From Saccostrea cucullata (lineage: Eukaryota), in assembly GCF_032062105.1 (NCBI RefSeq), contig NW_026927600.1, positions 124,001 through 188,000 on the forward strand: 64,000 nucleotides of DNA, in the 5' to 3' direction. Position 1 is the stretch's first letter, and every line of letters starts with the position of its first letter. Shown piece after piece: positions 61,497 to 64,000 of this stretch. A program made the position numbers and the translations under genes. Under the pieces are notes generated by a model. That model made no database searches and was not told the DNA's origin. It was given only the letters and a program-made list of their open reading frames with translations.

Positions 61497-63722
61497 TCAA
61501 GGTTGAGCAGGTGTCTCTTGCCCAATGTCATCATCTGACCCAATGTAAATGAACTGTTTCCTGTTGTGATTAAATCGATCTGGACCCTTTAAGAAGGCCT
61601 GGGTCCTAGCCTTATGTGGTGGATCTACAGTGGTGGGAATGTGGTGGATGTCTGGAAAGGGAACCACACTGGAGTTCAAATTTTGTCCTTGCATTACAAT
61701 ATCACCTGCAGAATCTAAAAACTGGCTAGGCTCAAAGGACGGATTGGCTTGGAATTTTATGTGATGATGAAGTTTTGGGTTAGGTTTTTCAATGCCCATA
61801 CCACCAGGAAAGTGGGCTGGGGACAAGGCCTCAGCTCTGATGCTGCCACGCTGATATACATCCTGAAGGTTACGTCCAGAATTGAATACAAACAGCATTT
61901 CCTTAGCTTTTGGCAGGCGCTTCTTGATGCGTTTCCTGTGAGTTATTTTGTTTGTCTTGATCAGTCTATGAACAAAGAACCAGTACATGAACGTCAGCAT
62001 GCAGTTCACGCTGCCCTCAGGAATGTCTCTCCTGTTCTTCAGGGCTTTCTCAATATCAGAGGTCAAAGGTTTGATTGGAAGAATGACCTTGGTGACAAAC
62101 GAACTTCCAAGGACATTAAAAACCTCATATTCACTTCCTGTTTTGACAAAAATAGATGTTCTTATGCTAACTCCCGCATCATATAAGATGGCCGAGTCAT
62201 GTTCATGAAGTTCTTCTCCAGCTATTATAAGTCGACTTTGTCGCATATCAAAACCAGATTTTGCCTGAATTTTTTCTTTAAACTGACCAATAGTATGCAT
62301 CACCGAAGCATAAGTTTTGTAAATGACTCCATCAGGTGTGTGGACAAACACCGCAAACTCCTCAAGTTTTAAGGAGAGAGGTGTTTTAAGATCATATACT
62401 ACATTCTGAATAATACTGCTGTTTGGAAGCTTTTTATTTCCAATGAGAAGTTGATATTGCAAAGCATTTGGCACTCCAAAATGTTCTAGTTTCTTTTTGA
62501 TGCTCCTAACAGTCTTATTGGCTGCAACCTTTACATTTTCGATTATTCCATTTCCAAGACTTACCCTCAAGGGTACCCCAAACATGAGGTCCCCATCTAC
62601 ATGTGTCATGACAACATTCATGACAATAGGGGTACCTTTAGGGACTTCACCAATTGTTCTCATAAAATTCAGCAGCTCATTGTCCTTGTAAAGTTTAATG
62701 AAATCCACAGGAACATTAGTTAATCCATGCATCAGAAATGCTACCACTGACCATCGATCATATCTAGAAGCCTTGACTTCATATCTCTGTCCATTGTCCG
62801 TAACCACTGAAATGGCTTGTGATTTCATGTGATTTTGATGAACAACAGTAGAAAGTGAAAGTCTGTCTCCTGATTTGATGGCCATCCCAGCTAGGCAGTA
62901 ATCCCAAAGAACAAATCTGGATTTGTGACTCAGAACTAAAGTATGTAGAGGGATAAAGAATTCATGAACACCATCATATTCTCTGGGACCAGAGGGGCTA
63001 AATGTTCGACTGAACACATTGAGGACAACGTCAGTACCAGTGCTGCAGGGATCCACATAGAATCTGTAGGTAATCCCCCAGAATGTGTCTACATTGATCA
63101 ACAAATCAAAGTGAGCTTGAATCATCACATACAAGATGGACCTGTTCTTCACCCTGTATTCCAGTAGTCGGCGATTGTTCTCCAGGGCTTGGTCCATATA
63201 AAGCAGTTCTTGTCTGTCAATAGGAATCCCTCTCATCTTCCTGATGTGTTTTTTAAGACTGTACACTGTCATAGAAGGATGGACAGACAGGGTGAAATTT
63301 ACGTAAAGTTGAGCAATATCGATGGTCACATGATCACGACTCCGAGGGAAAATCATGACGACTGAACCAGGCCTGACGCTGTATACACTTTTAAGATCTA
63401 AGGGAGATAACTGCCCAGGAGTCAGCATCATCAGTTTGTGTTGGTGTCTCTCATAGCCGAGATTGTTCTGTGAATATTTCACTATCCGCGACATGAGGTT
63501 GGATTCTCCTGGAGGGAAGATTGCGATGCTGTCTGGTTTGAGGTAGCTCCAGACCGCGGTAGTCTGAGCTGAGGGACCCTTGGAGTTGAGGACGGGATAG
63601 ATGAGTTCATTCTTGTAGGTTTCTGACGAATCACTGGAGAAGGAAGATTCACTCTGGTCATCATCGTCAGGGTGTCTGGTGAAACCACTCAGGCCCTGGG
63701 GCTGTAACAGTACGGAGGATCC
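61497..63722 (-). CDS. Nested antisense gene: large terminal exon encoding a tandem multi-ubiquitin-like-domain protein
   Basis: ~740 uninterrupted codons in AT-rich DNA. UBL-pattern units at ORF aa ~134-203, 208-293, 304-373, 385-455 and 458-529. Acceptor ttttttctctttgaag ends at 63723, so the listed TTG start is not real. Confidence 0.85.
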   Translation of the reverse strand, partial: GSSVLLQPQGLSGFTRHPDDDDQSESSFSSDSSETYKNELIYPVLNSKGPSAQTTAVWSYLKPDSIAIFPPGESNLMSRIVKYSQNNLGYERHQHKLMMLTPGQLSPLDLKSVYSVRPGSVVMIFPRSRDHVTIDIAQLYVNFTLSVHPSMTVYSLKKHIRKMRGIPIDRQELLYMDQALENNRRLLEYRVKNRSILYVMIQAHFDLLINVDTFWGITYRFYVDPCSTGTDVVLNVFSRTFSPSGPREYDGVHEFFIPLHTLVLSHKSRFVLWDYCLAGMAIKSGDRLSLSTVVHQNHMKSQAISVVTDNGQRYEVKASRYDRWSVVAFLMHGLTNVPVDFIKLYKDNELLNFMRTIGEVPKGTPIVMNVVMTHVDGDLMFGVPLRVSLGNGIIENVKVAANKTVRSIKKKLEHFGVPNALQYQLLIGNKKLPNSSIIQNVVYDLKTPLSLKLEEFAVFVHTPDGVIYKTYASVMHTIGQFKEKIQAKSGFDMRQSRLIIAGEELHEHDSAILYDAGVSIRTSIFVKTGSEYEVFNVLGSSFVTKVILPIKPLTSDIEKALKNRRDIPEGSVNCMLTFMYWFFVHRLIKTNKITHRKRIKKRLPKAKEMLFVFNSGRNLQDVYQRGSIRAEALSPAHFPGGMGIEKPNPKLHHHIKFQANPSFEPSQFLDSAGDIVMQGQNLNSSVVPFPDIHHIPTTVDPPHKARTQAFLKGPDRFNHNRKQFIYIGSDDDIGQETPAQP

Positions 63723-64000
63723 CTTCAAAGAGAAAAAAATTTAAATTTTTCACAGAGCCTGAATTTTTTTTTCAATTAAAAAAAATATTGTATTTTTTAG
63801 ATATTTGAATTTTTTTCTTTTATGTTGAGATTTGTTACCTTTGGTGGTATGGTAGGTAAAATAATATCACTCTGTATCACAGGCTTCTCATAAAACTGGT
63901 CCATTATTCTTCACCAGAATACACAACATTAGCATGTGTCAGCATACACATCTGTTGATCAGATGATTGTTTTATGAAATATTTATTGAATTATTTCACT

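Noticed and set aside
61749-63688. Short ORFs overlapping the UBL gene as twitchin exons
   Set aside because: No Ig or Fn3 motifs; they are shadows of the long minus-strand ORF.
61497-63728. Call as polyubiquitin, or use of the TTG start at 63728
   Set aside because: Units are highly divergent and lack GG; the TTG lies within a splice acceptor.

Overview
AT-rich, intron-containing animal DNA, most likely from an oyster-like bivalve (inferred from the Helentron/HINE elements with ~166-bp satellite cores and a molluscan twitchin D1 motif). It is not prokaryotic, so most of the ORF track is noise. Bases 1-22,000 are repeat-dense and intergenic. They hold a 1.75-kb TIR element with an 8-bp TSD that carries a captured Sin3 exon and a nested HINE, about nine Penelope-like retroelement fragments, a mariner relic, several MITEs, a tRNA-Ala-derived pseudogene and two assembly gaps. 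From 27,842 to beyond the window end lies the 5' part of the twitchin (unc-22/projectin family) gene on the + strand. I could splice it in frame by hand through Ig1-Ig7, a PEVK-like repeat region, Ig8, the DFRxxL/D1 PKA linker, Ig9 and half of Ig10, using several microexons and one or two GC-AG introns. The D1 linker appears to contain a duplicated, possibly mutually exclusive D1 exon plus further cassette exons. The last twitchin intron contains a nested antisense ~740-codon exon encoding at least five tandem, highly divergent ubiquitin-like domains with no di-Gly; this is the most novel-looking item. All calls were made by eye, with no database search.
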